A DNA stretch of 63,997 bases, filler included, from Catajapyx aquilonaris (lineage: Eukaryota): NCBI GenBank assembly GCA_000934665.2. It is 4 parts of 4 records of this genome, joined end to end, with 100 filler letters (N's around TTAATTAATTAA, not from the genome) between each part and the next. Parts side by side here need not be neighbours in the genome. Positions count along the whole stretch, not along the records: positions 48,472 to 63,997 come from JYFJ02007472.1; 3 more parts are not named here. The stretch is one strand, 5' to 3'. Positions within the stretch are counted from its first letter, which is position 1; every line of letters starts with the position of its first letter. The position numbers and the translations under genes were made by a program. The notes under the pieces were generated by a model. It was not told the origin of the DNA. It searched no databases and saw nothing but the letters and a program-made list of their open reading frames with translations. Below are positions 50,544 through 63,588 of this stretch, in pieces.

Positions 50544-53500
50544 AGGAAGTCGTAAAAGAAAGCAAACAAATCCTGCAAGCGAAGAAATTGAATATTAATG
50601 TGGTGAGTGAAGACTTTTTGGATGATGTCAAACATGGTGAAGTAGCTGCTAAGATTCTTGAGAAGAGGCTGAGCGACTGGGGAGAAGACGTAAGCTGCCT
50701 GTTTATAAGTTGTATAGTTTTTCAAGGAACTGACATGGCATTTTTTTCCCCACAGCCTAAGCAAAAGATTCCACGTGACCAGTTGGATGGAGCTAAAAAG
50801 AGTGGAGGAAGTAAGTACAATAGCATTCATATGGTAATCACAGGTACAGTACACTAGCCAACAATTCTGCCCTTCCTCTGGTGCTTCCACCTGAATGAAT
50901 CCACACGAGTAGGGGTGTACCATATTGGCCTCTCAACACAGCCAGATGGGTAGGGGCAGGGGTGGGGGCCTGCGCTTATGGCCAAGCGAGTTCACCATCC
51001 AACCCCCTACATTCAAACAGAAACCCGAAACCTGAATTGCAGATGCCTCCCAACCAATTTGAAGCATAGTTTGTATAAGCCAACTGTAATTCTGCAAATG
51101 TTGACATAAATTAATTAAGGTATTTAAAAATTATAGACACAGTAGACTACTCATGCACAGCATTTTGGGCAATGGAATTGAGGCGCTCAGAGGGAAAACG
51201 GCATATCCCAACTGAGCTCCGATTTCGAGATTGTAGTGCTTTTGTATTCTCCTGCCATCTACCCTTCATGTGCTGAAGTCCCAAATGAATTGGGATGTGC
51301 CTAAGCTCACATATTCCACTTGTAAAATTGGTCCGCAATGGAAAATCCTATTCTCTTGCAACACAAAAAGCCTTTTATCTAAAAAAGAACTTTGGTTGGG
51401 ATATGCCGTTTTTCCTCTGAGCGCCTCAGTTATAAAAAAACGATAATATTGGTCCCTTTTATGACGTATATTTAGTGATACTGCCAACAATTTCGTGACG
51501 ATATCTCTTGATGAAGGCCACCCACCTCTTGCGCAAAAGTCACATACAGAGCCAGTGTAGCCAGTAAGGGGAGGAAGGGATGCAGTGCCACTCACGCAAG
51601 CCTGGGAGACACCTGATGGCATTCACTCTTGATTTTTTTTCCTTCTTCTGCATGTTGGTGTTTACAAGGGCAATTGGCAAAGCGTAAAGGTATTCTGGTA
51701 TAGGGGGAAGGCTCATATTCTGGAAAAACTGGAAAAATTATGCTAGAGCAGCCAAATCAATTTGACAGTGAGTGTATTGTTTCAGTCCAGTGAATGGTTA
51801 AAAGTTTTAGTGGTTTTTATATTGTGGGCCACGTTTCTTTCTACTTTAGGCATGTTTGCGAGCAACAAGCCTTCCCGGATGAAGATGAGGGTGAAAGGAG
51901 GAGCTGCAGTTGATGGCGATACAGGATTGGAAGACGAAGCCCATGTGCTGCAAATTAAGTCAGATATATACAATGTCATTCTAAATGTAACTGATATCCA
52001 GAATGGCCGAAATTCTTACTACAAGCTACAAATTTTGGAGAGCGACCATGGTAATAGATACTGGCTCTTCCGCTCATGGGGCAGAATTGGAACCACCATT
52101 GGTGGCTCAAAATTGGAAGATATGGATGATAGACAAGAGGCCATACGCCAGTTTAAGATTCAATACCTTGACAAAACCGGAAATGAATGGGATAAGAGAG
52201 GTAGTTTTGCCAAAGTTGCTGGGAAGTATTACCCAGCTGATGTTGACTACGGACAAGACCAGGAGGTGAACAATGAAATGAAGATGGAGCCAGCGGCAGA
52301 ATCCAGACTTCCTAAAGCTGTCCAAGAATTGGTGTGTTTGATCCTTGACGTAGAGAACATGAAGAAAGCAATGGTCGAATTTGAGGTGAGTTTATCATTG
52401 TTGTTGTTTTGTAGCAGTTACTTTGCCAGTTATGTCTCGAGTAACAAGCCACCAGTGATAACACTGGTAATGATAAAACTGGAACCTCGCAAGGCACCAA
52501 ATTACCACTTCAACTATATTCCATGGTTCTGGGGTTCTTCCAAATGGAGATAACACATCTTTAGGTGGTATCCACGCAACAGTGTACTAAACCAAATTAA
52601 CCCCTTAGGCCCCAGATCGGCCCGAACCACACAGTTTTTGGCTTACACGTACTCCGAAGATACGGACAAGATATTTTGCAAATAATAACAGCTATACTTA
52701 CGAGATCTGGGAAAACCCTACGAATGTGTCTGGAACCATTTTACTTGTCTAGAAGTCCCTAAATTAATTTTCAAAAAAGGGCTATAATAACTCGAAATTG
52801 GACTACTGCCGCCCAACTTTTAGGTTGATTTAATTATGAAATGCGTGAAAATATGCGGAATAACAACCTTGAGAACCATGCCAGAGGAATTTGCCGAAAT
52901 CGTCGTGCTTTGCGAGAAATAAATTAATACTGATTTGCGGCTTTCTGGCACTTCGGAAAACTCCCAAGTTTATTTGTTTCTCATGAAGTACGACGATTTC
53001 AGAAAATTCATCTCATACTCATTTAGGAGTTTTCCTAAGTGCTATAAAGCCGCAAATAAATATTAATTTATTTCTCGCAAAGTACGACAATTTCAGCAAA
53101 TTCCTCTGGTATGGTTCTCAAAGTTGCTATTCCGCATATTTTCACACATTTCATAATTAAATCAACCTAAAAGTTGGGCGGCAGTAGTCCAATTTCGAGT
53201 TATTATAGCCCTTTTTTGAAAATTAATTTAGGGACTTCTAGACAAGTAAAATGGTTCCAGACACATTCGTAGGGTTTTCCCAGATCTCGTAAGTATATCT
53301 GTTATTATTTGCAAAATATCTTGTCCGTATCTTCGGAATACGCGTAAGCCAAAAACTGTGTGGTTCGGGCCGATCTGGAGCCGGAGGGGTTAAAGGGCCC
53401 TTTGGCATGTAACATGATACCTCTTGATGAAGGCATTTCCTCAACTGCAAAAGTCACATCCAGCATGTGCACCAGAGTAGCTGGTTCCTGCATGTGTGTG

Positions 53501-56500
53501 TGTTGTTTTGCTGTGCCACTCACGCGTCTGGAGGCCTTGACTCTTGAATTTTTTCTTATTTAAAATTTATTTAGGAGGCAATCAATTAAGGTGAAGTGGG
53601 GTAAGTGCATACACGGGCCGCCATATTGGAATGAAAATGGCTGAAGACACCAAAACGCGTCGGGCACTCTTTTGTGTAGCTGCACATAACATCCCCACAA
53701 GCGGTGAGCATTGTTAGGTGAATTACAGTGATTGCATGGTAAGCGAAGCAGACAGTGTAAATTATCTCGCAAGGTACAAGTTGCAGACTTAAAAATTGCA
53801 TAACTTTTACACAGTTTCATATATTTTAGCTGAGTTTGAAATAACGGGGAGATCGATACGTGGAGATGTACGCACTATCCTCAGATTTCACTGCTTGTAG
53901 TTTAGAGGGGGAGCACACAGGGCGGGTACGTACTTACCCCAAGAGGCGGGGTAAGTGCGTACACTGGACCTTGTGTTGGATTATACCATGTATTGGGTAC
54001 ACCACAGTTGATATCACAAAGACACTTACAGGAAATGAAAGCCAAATGTATGGCTCTTCTATGCGTATGTTGAAAGAATTTCAATTTTGTTTTTGTTTTT
54101 TTGCAATCGCTGCAGAAAGTTCATGTTTCCAAAAAGCGGTACGCACTTACCCCACTTCACCTTACATCGTTTAAAATGTTAGTACAGTTGACTCGGGATA
54201 AATAGGGGCAGGGTAAGTCAGTCTGCTATAACTGAGGTCTGTTACAGTACAGCCAGATACCGTTTATGGAAGTATGGCATGGCCAGCTTTTTAAGTCTGC
54301 TATAACTGAGAGTCTGTTATATCCAGAGTCAACTGTATTGTTACAGTACTTAACCCTTTGTCTCCCACGGCCCGATTTGGTTGTATAAATAATACAACCA
54401 AACAAAATAATTTTTTTTAAATTCACTGGTATAACCCCGACGGAAATTTCTTTCTCCACAGCCGTAGGAAATGTTCATGGTTTGTATGTTCATGAGTATT
54501 TACCCCACTCGCATGATATTTTTAATGGCACTACGTCATAGGCCAAAGGTTTTATTCATTTAAAACAGCCCGAAACAAACACTTCCTGGACGAATTTAAA
54601 TACACACAGCTCCCTGCCGCTTATTTCCTGGTATGTGGGCGTCCAGCTGAAAGCCATTTTTAAAATCCCGAAATTCTGCGACTTACTTCTCGCCAGAGGG
54701 AAAATCAGAACGATCTGTGAAGGGTGGGCCATCTCTCCCGGCGCCATTTTGGTCGTAAAAAGCATCCTCGCACCTAATTGGCCGGGTGGACTTTTAAATA
54801 ATAGTTGAGTGGGGAAGACCCGGCCAATATGGCCTTGCATCCCTGCTGGAGCAAAGCTCCTCAAAAGTCTACTGGAGTTGAGGACCAAGAATGCCATAAC
54901 CCTAAAACCATGAACCTCCAGGCCGGGTGGACTGTTGGGAGCTCTGAGCATTGCCTGCTTGCCACCTGATCCACCTTTTTTTTGCATCCAGCGAATCACA
55001 TTGCCTCCATTTAAACCGGACCTTTGAAAATTTTTACCGGACACTTTATGTTTTCATAATTCATCAGAGAGACTGGGCAAACATATAGAATTATCTTGGA
55101 TTTTTAAGGGGTGTGGAAGCCACCTAAAAAAAAACTGTAGATGAAGCAATAGGATGACGTCACCTTGTGCATAGTTTATGAGGCTGTTGCTGCCCTCTGT
55201 CGATATGCAGCGTAGGTTGGTATGTCTGACAATGTTCAGCCCCCTCTTGTGCATGAATCACGAGTGAAACCAATGGTGTCAGATCCAGTGATTTTCACCT
55301 AGGGCACTCTTTTTAAACCCCTACCCAAAGAGTTCAAAATTGCACGGGAGACAGTGGGTTAATGAAGAATTCAGTATGGGGCAATTTAAGTGTTACAAAA
55401 AATCCTGCTTTCAAATTATGGAAAAATATTTATAGAAATTACATTTGTGTGCAGATTCTAGCCATGTAAGTTCTATCAAATATGGTTATATTTGTAATTT
55501 TGCACGTTTTGCACTTCTTTGGCACATTCCCATGTCAATTCTATCCATTAAGACTTTTTAGAGCATTTGAAAATGCCCCTGTTCTCCCCCCTGCCAAATA
55601 AAAAACTTCAAAATAATTGTTGGTGAATCCACACAAATCAGATACATGAGCCAGTATTTCACAGAATCCCCTAATGCAATGCATCTCAATCTTTTTCGTA
55701 GGCGACCCCAGATAATCATCTTGTAGAATTCAGGACCCCACTTTGCGATTCTACAGACACACACTCACAACCAAAGTAACTTTCCTTACCCTCCTGAATT
55801 TTGAAATTTTTTGGATTTTCTAATTCTGCTTGGCCTATAGTGTTGAGAAAACATCACCTCCGCTGATAATTTCCACATTAGCAGGTGAAATTACAGCCAA
55901 AAGGCGATGTTCTGAAGCCACAACACTTGCATCCGGTCGCGAGTCGCCGGCCAGCGCCAATGAGGGATAAATGGGGTACAGGCAGGCCGTAAAGGTCCGC
56001 CTTTGATGGTTTTGGCGGCCAGGCCGTGGCAGTTCACGGCAAGAACACGCGCGAATTTGAAGGAATTAATACGTAGAAAACGCATTAAAGGAGCTCGTAC
56101 AGCAAAAATCTTCAAATTCGTGTGTGTTCTTGCCGTGAAGTGCCATGGCCAGCCCCCGGACACTTTTGCTACATTCTGATGTTATCACCTGCCGGGGCGT
56201 TTTGCAGAAGGTGCTCATTGAGAGCCCCATGAGACATTTGACTCTCCGGATAACTGGTCACCCTACCAGACTAGGCTGAACTTTATAGGTACTGTACAAA
56301 AGGGAAGCGCTACATTGGGGGACCCAACATGGGTGCCGGCGGCCATTTTGGGCCTGCATGTAGCACTTCCCTTTTGTACCCATAAAGTTCCTACAAAGTA
56401 CAAAAGTTTTCTCTTGACCCTGGGCAGATAAAGAGTATGAGAATTTGCTTATGTGTACCGTCTCCTGCAGTCATGCTCAAAAACTTATTTCATTATTGGA

Positions 56501-59500
56501 TAGTGACTTGGTCGGACTTGGTTTTCTTTGGAGCTCAATTGCCACAATACTGAACCCACGACCGAACTCTTCCTTTGGTGACTTATTTTCATTTTGAAAC
56601 ATTTGCAGGGAGAGAAAAGGGGTGCTTATTAGAACGTCCAACATGACATGGGAATTATTGAAGTATCAATTAACATGACGTCACACAAATTTTTTACAAC
56701 TTTGCGCTGCTTTATTTACACAATTACCATCTTCAATATCTCACAACCACTGACAATTTTTCGACATTCATTAACAATCAGCATCAGTCACTCACAATTG
56801 TTCCTCAATCACCAACATTCATCTACAATCTTCAACAATCCCAATAAGGTGTTACCCCAACTTGCACCATTCAGAGGGGAGTCCCCTTTAGAAGCCTGGG
56901 AAGGTGCATAAGTTTGAAGAAAGTGTTGTCAAATTGTGGATGATTGTGAATGATTGTTGATGATTGTCGATGATTGTCAAAGGATTGTGTGTGTGTGTCG
57001 AAAGATTGCATGTGATTGGGGCGGATTGTAGGTGATTGTGAAAGACAACAATCATGATTCGAAATAAGTGTACACCTGATTGTCAGAGTTGTTACCCCCT
57101 CGTGAGTAACCATCATCATCATCATCATCATTATTATTTTTATTTATTTATTTATGTATGGCAACTGTTTCATAAGGTTGCAGTTGATAGACAGTTTGCA
57201 GTACATAAATTACTGTCATCTTTTTCTCATCCTCACTAGATTGATTTAAACAAGATGCCACTGGGAAAGCTAAGCAAGAAACAAGTGCAGGCTGCTTATG
57301 CAGTCCTGAGTGAGCTGCAAGACTTGGTGGCCACTAATGGAAATGAGGGAAAGCTGGTTGATGCTTCAAACCGCTTTTACACCCTGATTCCACATGACTT
57401 TGGAATGGACACTCCACCTTTGATTAATTCAAAGGAGATGATATGCCAGAAAATTGACATGCTTGACTCCTTGTGTGAGATTGAAGTTGCATATTCCATG
57501 TTGAGTAAGGATCAGTCTAATGGGACTGGTGACGACCATCCTGTCGACACTGGCTATGATAAATTGCAGTGTGACTTGGAAGTATTAGATAAGAAGTCAG
57601 CAGAATGGATGATGATAGAGAGATGTGTTAAGAACACCCATGCAACAACCCACAACACGTACTCCCTAAAGTTGGAGGAAGTGTTCCAAGTGAAGAGGCA
57701 CAGGGAGTTGTACAGGGGACTTGATATGAGTAATCGGAAGCTCCTCTGGCATGGGTCCAGGACAACCAACTTTGCAGGGATCCTCTCTCAGGTTAGTGCA
57801 GTAGGGTGTATGTCTACTCTTAAGTGGTTGCTAAATCATGTGGTTCTTCCTTTTAAAATATTGTAGATGTTGGTCATCTCAAAGTTTCATACAGTGATTG
57901 CCTGGTGTTGGATAGGCGTAGTTTGTTACTGCAACACTGCAACTTTTGTGCTAAAAGTCCTGTCACCTACCCTGTACCTTCAGAACTAGTTCAGATTGGA
58001 ACATGAACCTCATTTTCTGATGTGATGACACATCTTATAGGATGTTATAGTTAATATTCTTAGTGTATTAACAATCTGTTCACAAATGAACACAATTCAT
58101 ATAAAAATGAGTTCAGTTCATTGGTCACTCACATCCCACTCAATTCCATTCCTATCCTATTAAAACACTTTAGAATTCCATTCAGTTTGCAATTCACTTC
58201 CATTATCTTCTATTCAATTACTATTTGTCTTCATCACCATTCAGTTCAATTCCCCATTCACATTCCATTCCTTCTTGCTTTGTCTTAATTCACTTCCCAT
58301 TTATTTCCATTCAGTTCTATTGACAACCTTCAGAAATTCAACTGCCCTCAATTAAGTTTTTTCCAATTCACCAGAATGGTGCCATTTGCAAATCAATTCA
58401 GTTCTAAATTGAATTGTCCCCGTCATTGTAAGTGGGACATTACAACCACACACAAAAAAATATTTTAACTACATGCCCCTGCTGCTTACTATTGGGATAG
58501 ATACAATGTGCCCCCCTTCATGTGTAGCTCCATTCTGGTACCGGTACAGTGCTGGACATCTTGTTGTTGTTTTTTGTTACCCTGTGATAGGGCTCGAGGC
58601 CCTCTTAGGGGGGAAGGGGAAGTATAATGTGTTACTATATCTGCCGACCTGTATGGGCACTGTATTTGTGGCAAAAAAATAAATTGTAAATCATTTTAGA
58701 ACGGCCCTCGTACATTACATTACAATAGCACCTTTGCGCAGGATTTAATTATTTGTGGCATTGCCCTTATTGGACAAACAACACAAGTTAATAGGATGTT
58801 CTACTTTTACAAATGTGTACAATTTATTAAAAATTTGTGTTTACAAAACAGTTCAGTCTTCAGAATATAGGATAAGACCCACAAAGTGCCGAAATTGTAT
58901 CATAGCCAAGTGATTACAGTAAACCGTCTGTAAGTCGAATCTCTATGGGATCGGGAAAAAGATTCGAGTAGAGGAGTTTGGATTTTTTAAAGCACAGAAC
59001 TATAAGGAAGCCTACCTTTATATCCAGCGACGAAAGGTATTCAAAACTTAAAAATAACTGTCACTATAACACTTACAATGTTCCTCGTTGTTTTGGTGTA
59101 AAAAAAAACTGTTATGGACATTTGCCTACTCTTAAATTCAAGGATTCAATTGTCACAATCGAGTCAAACACTTCTTTCGGTACGTCTGATATAGACGAAG
59201 ATCAGGAAATTGAGCCTTTCTGTACATGTGGCCTACTCTCGACCCTTCGGCTGGGAAATTAGAACATTTTCCGTACTCACCAACATGAACTTCGACTTCG
59301 ACTAAAAATGCATTGATATCCCATCGTAAGGCCCTGCCTGCACTTTGAGTTATGGAGAACTTTGAGTTATAGAAATTCGAGTTAGGGAAGTTTATTTCCT
59401 ATTATTTTACATTGTGACCAACCAAGCTCATCATTTTCTTCGACTTATAGAAGTTTTACTGTATATTGAAAATGTTCTTTTGTTTTCCCATTTGTTTTCA

Positions 59501-59839
59501 GGGTCTCCGGATTGCCCCCCCTGAAGCTCCATCAACCGGTTATATGTTTGGAAAGGGAGTCTATTTTGCCGATATGGTATCGAAGAGTGCCAACTACTGC
59601 TGCACCAACTCCTCCAATCCAACGGGACTTCTTCTCCTTTGCGAGGTTGCCCTGGGGGAAAGCTATGAGCTGACCCAGGCACAGTACGTTGAGAAGCTTC
59701 CCAAGGGGAAGCAAAGCACTAAGGGCGTAGGCATTACCCATCCAGACCCAAAGAAAACGACTACCTTTGCTGGCGCCGAGGTGTCCTTGGGAAAAGGTGT
59801 TTCGTCAGGAGTTAAGAACACGGCTTTGCTCTACAATGA
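50544..59839 (+). CDS. PARP1: Poly(ADP-ribose) polymerase 1 (partial: BRCT end, WGR, regulatory and catalytic domains)
   Basis: Phase-compatible exons 50544-50689 ([17 protein letters not shown]), 50756-50810, 51850-52385 ([25 protein letters not shown]), 57240-57791 ([42 protein letters not shown]) and 59502-59839 ([36 protein letters not shown]). Zinc-finger exons and the last exon were not found in the window. Confidence 0.97.
51180..51427. mobile_element. MITE with GAG..CTC termini (Sola-like)
   Basis: GAGGCGCTCAGAGGGAAAACGGCATATCCCAA versus TTGGGATATGCCGTTTTTCCTCTGAGCGCCTC. Confidence 0.75.
52601..53389. mobile_element. piggyBac-type foldback MITE
   Basis: TTAA TSD, CCC..GGG termini, near-perfect arms of about 340 bp. 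Confidence 0.9.
53589..54162. mobile_element. TA-flanked MITE (pogo/Fot1-like)
   Basis: TIR AGGTGAAGTGGGGTAAGTGC / GCACTTACCCCACTTCACCT, with internal copies at 53925-53961. Confidence 0.8.
54185..54335. mobile_element. Short pogo/Tigger-like MITE
   Basis: TA|CAGTTGACTCGGGATA ... TATCCAGAGTCAACTG|TA. Confidence 0.75.
54354..55358. mobile_element. piggyBac-type non-autonomous element
   Basis: TTAA|CCCTTTGTCTCCC ... GGGAGACAGTGGG|TTAA. Confidence 0.75.
58917..59461. mobile_element. pogo/Tigger-like MITE
   Basis: TA|CAGTAAACCGTCTGTAAGTCGAA ... TTCGACTTATAGAAGTTTTACTG|TA. Confidence 0.8.
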
Positions 59840-59850
59840 GTATCCTTTTT
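59840..59850 (+). other. U12-type (minor spliceosome) 5' splice site
   Basis: GTATCCTTTTT matches the U12 donor consensus RTATCCTT exactly where PARP homology stops (YN-GA|GTATCC). Confidence 0.9.
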
Positions 59851-60353
59851 GGTTGGAAGTTAGTAGGAGAGGTGTTTTCTGGCTGCATTTGGGCTTTGTA
59901 AATATAAATCACTGAGTGGGTAAGTGTCCAGGCAAAATAGCTGGAATTTCCTGTTCACAACATGATTTGAAAACAAGTTATACGAAGGCATTTTGATAAG
60001 TATGGAAAGCAAATTTTCCTTGCTTTCTGTATGGACAATGAAAGTTAGTGTCTTGTAAATGGAGTAATTGTGGAATGAAAGTTGGCACAATAATAGAGGC
60101 ACATAAGTTATGAACTGAAATTCAAACTGTTTCAGTAGAGTGCTACAAGGTCAAAAGTCATGACCTCTTGAAGTCAGCCAGGATACTCACCTAAGCAGGA
60201 GGTGTCAAGCACTTGCAGATGAATAGAAGCAGAGTACATTCACCCTTATGACTCCTTGCAAAAATGTGTTCATAACAAAAGACATTTGTGCAACAAGAAC
60301 ATTTCAGTAATGACAAGTCTGCACATTGCAGGCAGGTATCACCTGCACTACTA

Positions 60354-60697
60354 CACAGTGGCCATAAAGTCTTGAACCAATGGCGGTATTGTTATCTGAT
60401 TACGGGTGAGCTATGGCACTGACCAAAGACGACCTAAGTGGTGCAGAGGGAAGTGGCAGCCGAATTAAATAAGAGACATACGGTACGCAGAGGTCAATAA
60501 GCCAACGACAAATTTTTCAACTGCACTATGGCTTATTGACCTCTCTGGATGTCTCCAATTGACCTCTGACCCACTTCCCTCTACAACTCCTTGACAAAGA
60601 AGAATTAACACCACTTTGTCGTCTTTTGTCAGTGCCATAGCTCAGCTGTAATCAGAAAACAAGACCGCCATTGGTTCCAGACTTTATGGCTACCCTC
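60354..60697. mobile_element. Tc1/mariner-type MITE with about 80-bp arms
   Basis: GTGGCCATAAAGTC..AACCAATGGCGG versus CCGCCATTGGTT..GACTTTATGGCTAC; TA flanks. Confidence 0.75.
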
Positions 60698-60831
60698 TAA
60701 TTGTGTCGAAGCAGTACTTGGAAGGCATTTGGAACAAATCTTGTATATTTTGCAAGTAGCCAGCGTTGCATAAAGAACATTTAGTGACATTGGTAAACCG
60801 ATTGGCCCAAAAAACTACTCTTGGGGATACT

Positions 60832-61748
60832 GACAAGGGAAGGTCACGGGGTGATAATGACGGATCTTGATGAAATTGATCATGCTAATACAGGACAATA
60901 TATGATACCCAAAAATGAAATATTTCGTGTGGAACCCCATATTTGCAAAAGTTATGACGTCTTAAAGTTCCAAAAATAATACATTTTCATACTCCATGGG
61001 ATTACATTAGCGACCACATATAATGACATTGAAGTGTGTAATCAGTTTCTAGACCTTTTCTCATTCTTTCAGGGAGCATGTGAATCGATATATCGTACCC
61101 TAGGCAACATATCGATTCCAGTATCGGCGGCTTGCGCGATAACGTCATGGCGGCCGATGACGCTCATTGCAAACACGTCCAACGTCAGGAATAAATTCCA
61201 CAGCCCCTGTGCCAGAGAGTCAGGTAAAACCCGGAGTAAATCCCCGAAAAACACAGTCCGGAATAGACGGAAACTAACTTCGAAATCCAACGATAACCCG
61301 CCCGTAAAGTAGACTAGTGCGGATAGAGTGAAGCCGGAAGACCGGAAGTGGCGGGTCACCAGAAGTTGACCATGAAACCTATTTTGGTCACGCTCAATCC
61401 AAATATGAAAACCGTTTGTCGCTATCTCTTACGGTTTAGGCCTTGATACCTGTCCACAGACGGATGGACGGACGGACGGACGGACGGCCAGAGCCGTTCT
61501 GTATGACTTTTTCCCGATGAGAAAAGGTCTAGAAACTGATTACACACTTCAATGTCATTATATGTGGTCGCTAATGTAATCCCATGGACTATGAAAATGT
61601 ATTATTTTTGGAACTTTAAGACGTCATAACTTTTGCAAATATGGGGTTCCGCACGAAATATTTAATTTTTGGGTATCATATATTGTCCTGTATTAGCATG
61701 TTAAATTTCATCAAGATCCGTCATTATCACCCCGTGACCTTCCCTTGT
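60832..61748. mobile_element. Foldback element (arms of about 230 bp) with a central insert bearing (GGAC)n
   Basis: ACAAGGGAAGGTCACGGGGTGATAATGACGG versus CCGTCATTATCACCCCGTGACCTTCCCTTGT; arms at 60832-61064 / 61518-61748. Confidence 0.85.
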
Positions 61749-62022
61749 GAGCATAACTAATAGCTGCATATGTATGTACTCACCATGCTTTGGATATTAC
61801 AACATGAGCAGGGATATGATTTACTCTCCTTGAGTTAAAAGCCATTGTACGTACAAAAGGGTTAGTAGTAACTGTAAGACCATAAGGAAATAGATCGATC
61901 AGACTCACATATAATTATTAATTTTATTCGGTTTACCAATGTTATTATATAATTTTTATACAAGTACACAGCTGGCTACTTGGAAAATAGGCCTGATGTG
62001 TTACAAACGCCTTCCAACTTGA

Positions 62023-63037
62023 CTACTATCCGTTTATTTAATATAGAGCCCTCTGTTTGACTCTAAACAACTCCCAGGCAAATTATCCTAAGAAAGAATG
62101 GTATGTATCGTTAGAAAGCTTGTTTAAATCCACGTTACATATATTCGAGTTGTTTTCCTATCGTCAATCTCAATTTTTTATCGTAAAAGAAGGCGGCAAA
62201 GTGTCATTTTTTGACTAGTTGCCGACGTTACACCGCGAAGGGAATTTTTTATGACACTTTCAGGAGGCCAAAAAAATCCCCCTGTGAACCCTGGATAGTG
62301 CACATCTTTGTCTATCTAATGATAGATTTTAAACATTGAGATCGCCATTTCTGTAATCATAAATAAGTTAATTACACACACCTGTTATCTCGGCTGTTTA
62401 TAATCCGAATTACTTCGCGAATGTATCGACGGCAAGCCAGAAATGTGAGTGATAAGATTACACTGTTCTGTATTACACTAAATCATTTTAAGTATTTAAA
62501 AGGATCGCCGTCTATTCTTGCCAGAAAGCGGGCTGGGTCCTTTTCTATTAAATTTACTAAAACAATACTTTTAAAATTACTAATGTAATAGAGCACGGTG
62601 TAATTTTATCACACACATTTCTGGCTTGCCGTGGATGCATTCGCGAAGTAATTCGGATTATAAACAGCCGCGATAACAGAGGTGTGCAATTAACTTAATT
62701 GTGATTACAGAAATGGCGATCTCAATGTTCAAAATATATCATTAGATAGACAAAGATGTGAACTATCCAATGTTCAAAGGTAGATTTTTTTTGCCATCCT
62801 GAAAGTGTCATAAAAATTCACTTTGCGGTGTAACGTCGGCAACTAGTCAAAAAATGACGCTTTTCCACCTTTTTACGATAAAAAATTAGAGACTGACCAT
62901 AGGAACACAACTCACATATATGTAACGTGGGTTTAAACAAGCTTTCTAACGATACATACCATTATTTTTTTGGATAATTTACTTGGAAGTTGTTCAGAGT
63001 CAATCACAGGGCTCTATATTAAATAAACAGATAGTAG
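62023..63037. mobile_element. Foldback element with arms of about 450 bp
   Basis: CTACTATCCGTTTATTTAATATAGAGCCC versus GGGCTCTATATTAAATAAACAGATAGTAG; complementarity continues to about 62480/62585. Confidence 0.85.
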
Positions 63038-63303
63038 CAGTGCAAGTGATATGTGTCGGCAATGTGAAAACTTGTCATTGATGAGATGTTATCATTGCAC
63101 AGACATGTTTTGAACACATTGCCACAATCAGTAATAAGTACTAATGTACAATGCAAGCTTCCCACTTAAGTATGTTGTGTGGGCTGATTTTGAAGGTCAC
63201 AACTTTTGACCTTGTAGCTCTCTGCCAAAATGGTTTGCATTATGGTGAATAACTTACATGCCTCTACTATTGTGCTTTTTTCATTCAGCAACTCCATTGA
63301 CAT

Positions 63304-63588
63304 CAGTGCTCCCCAAACTGTGGGTTGCGAACTTAATACTTGGAGTCGCGAGGGAGGGTAACAAATTATTTTCATAAAATAATTAGCTATATCTCTTGAA
63401 AAGTATGCCCATAAGGTAGGTTTCAGAACAATTCAGATTTATACTCAACCATAGTTATCAATGATTTTCATTTCACTGATAATCTGTCTTTTCATGTGGA
63501 AGGATCAAAATGTGCACATTTGGGGGGTCACGAACATTATGAGACGATTTTTGGTGGGGGTGCCAACGAAAAAAGTTGGGAAGCATGG
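63304..63588. mobile_element. hAT-type MITE
   Basis: CAGTGCTCCCCAAACTGTGGG ... AAGTTGGGAAGCATGG; related to 6267-6491. Confidence 0.6.
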
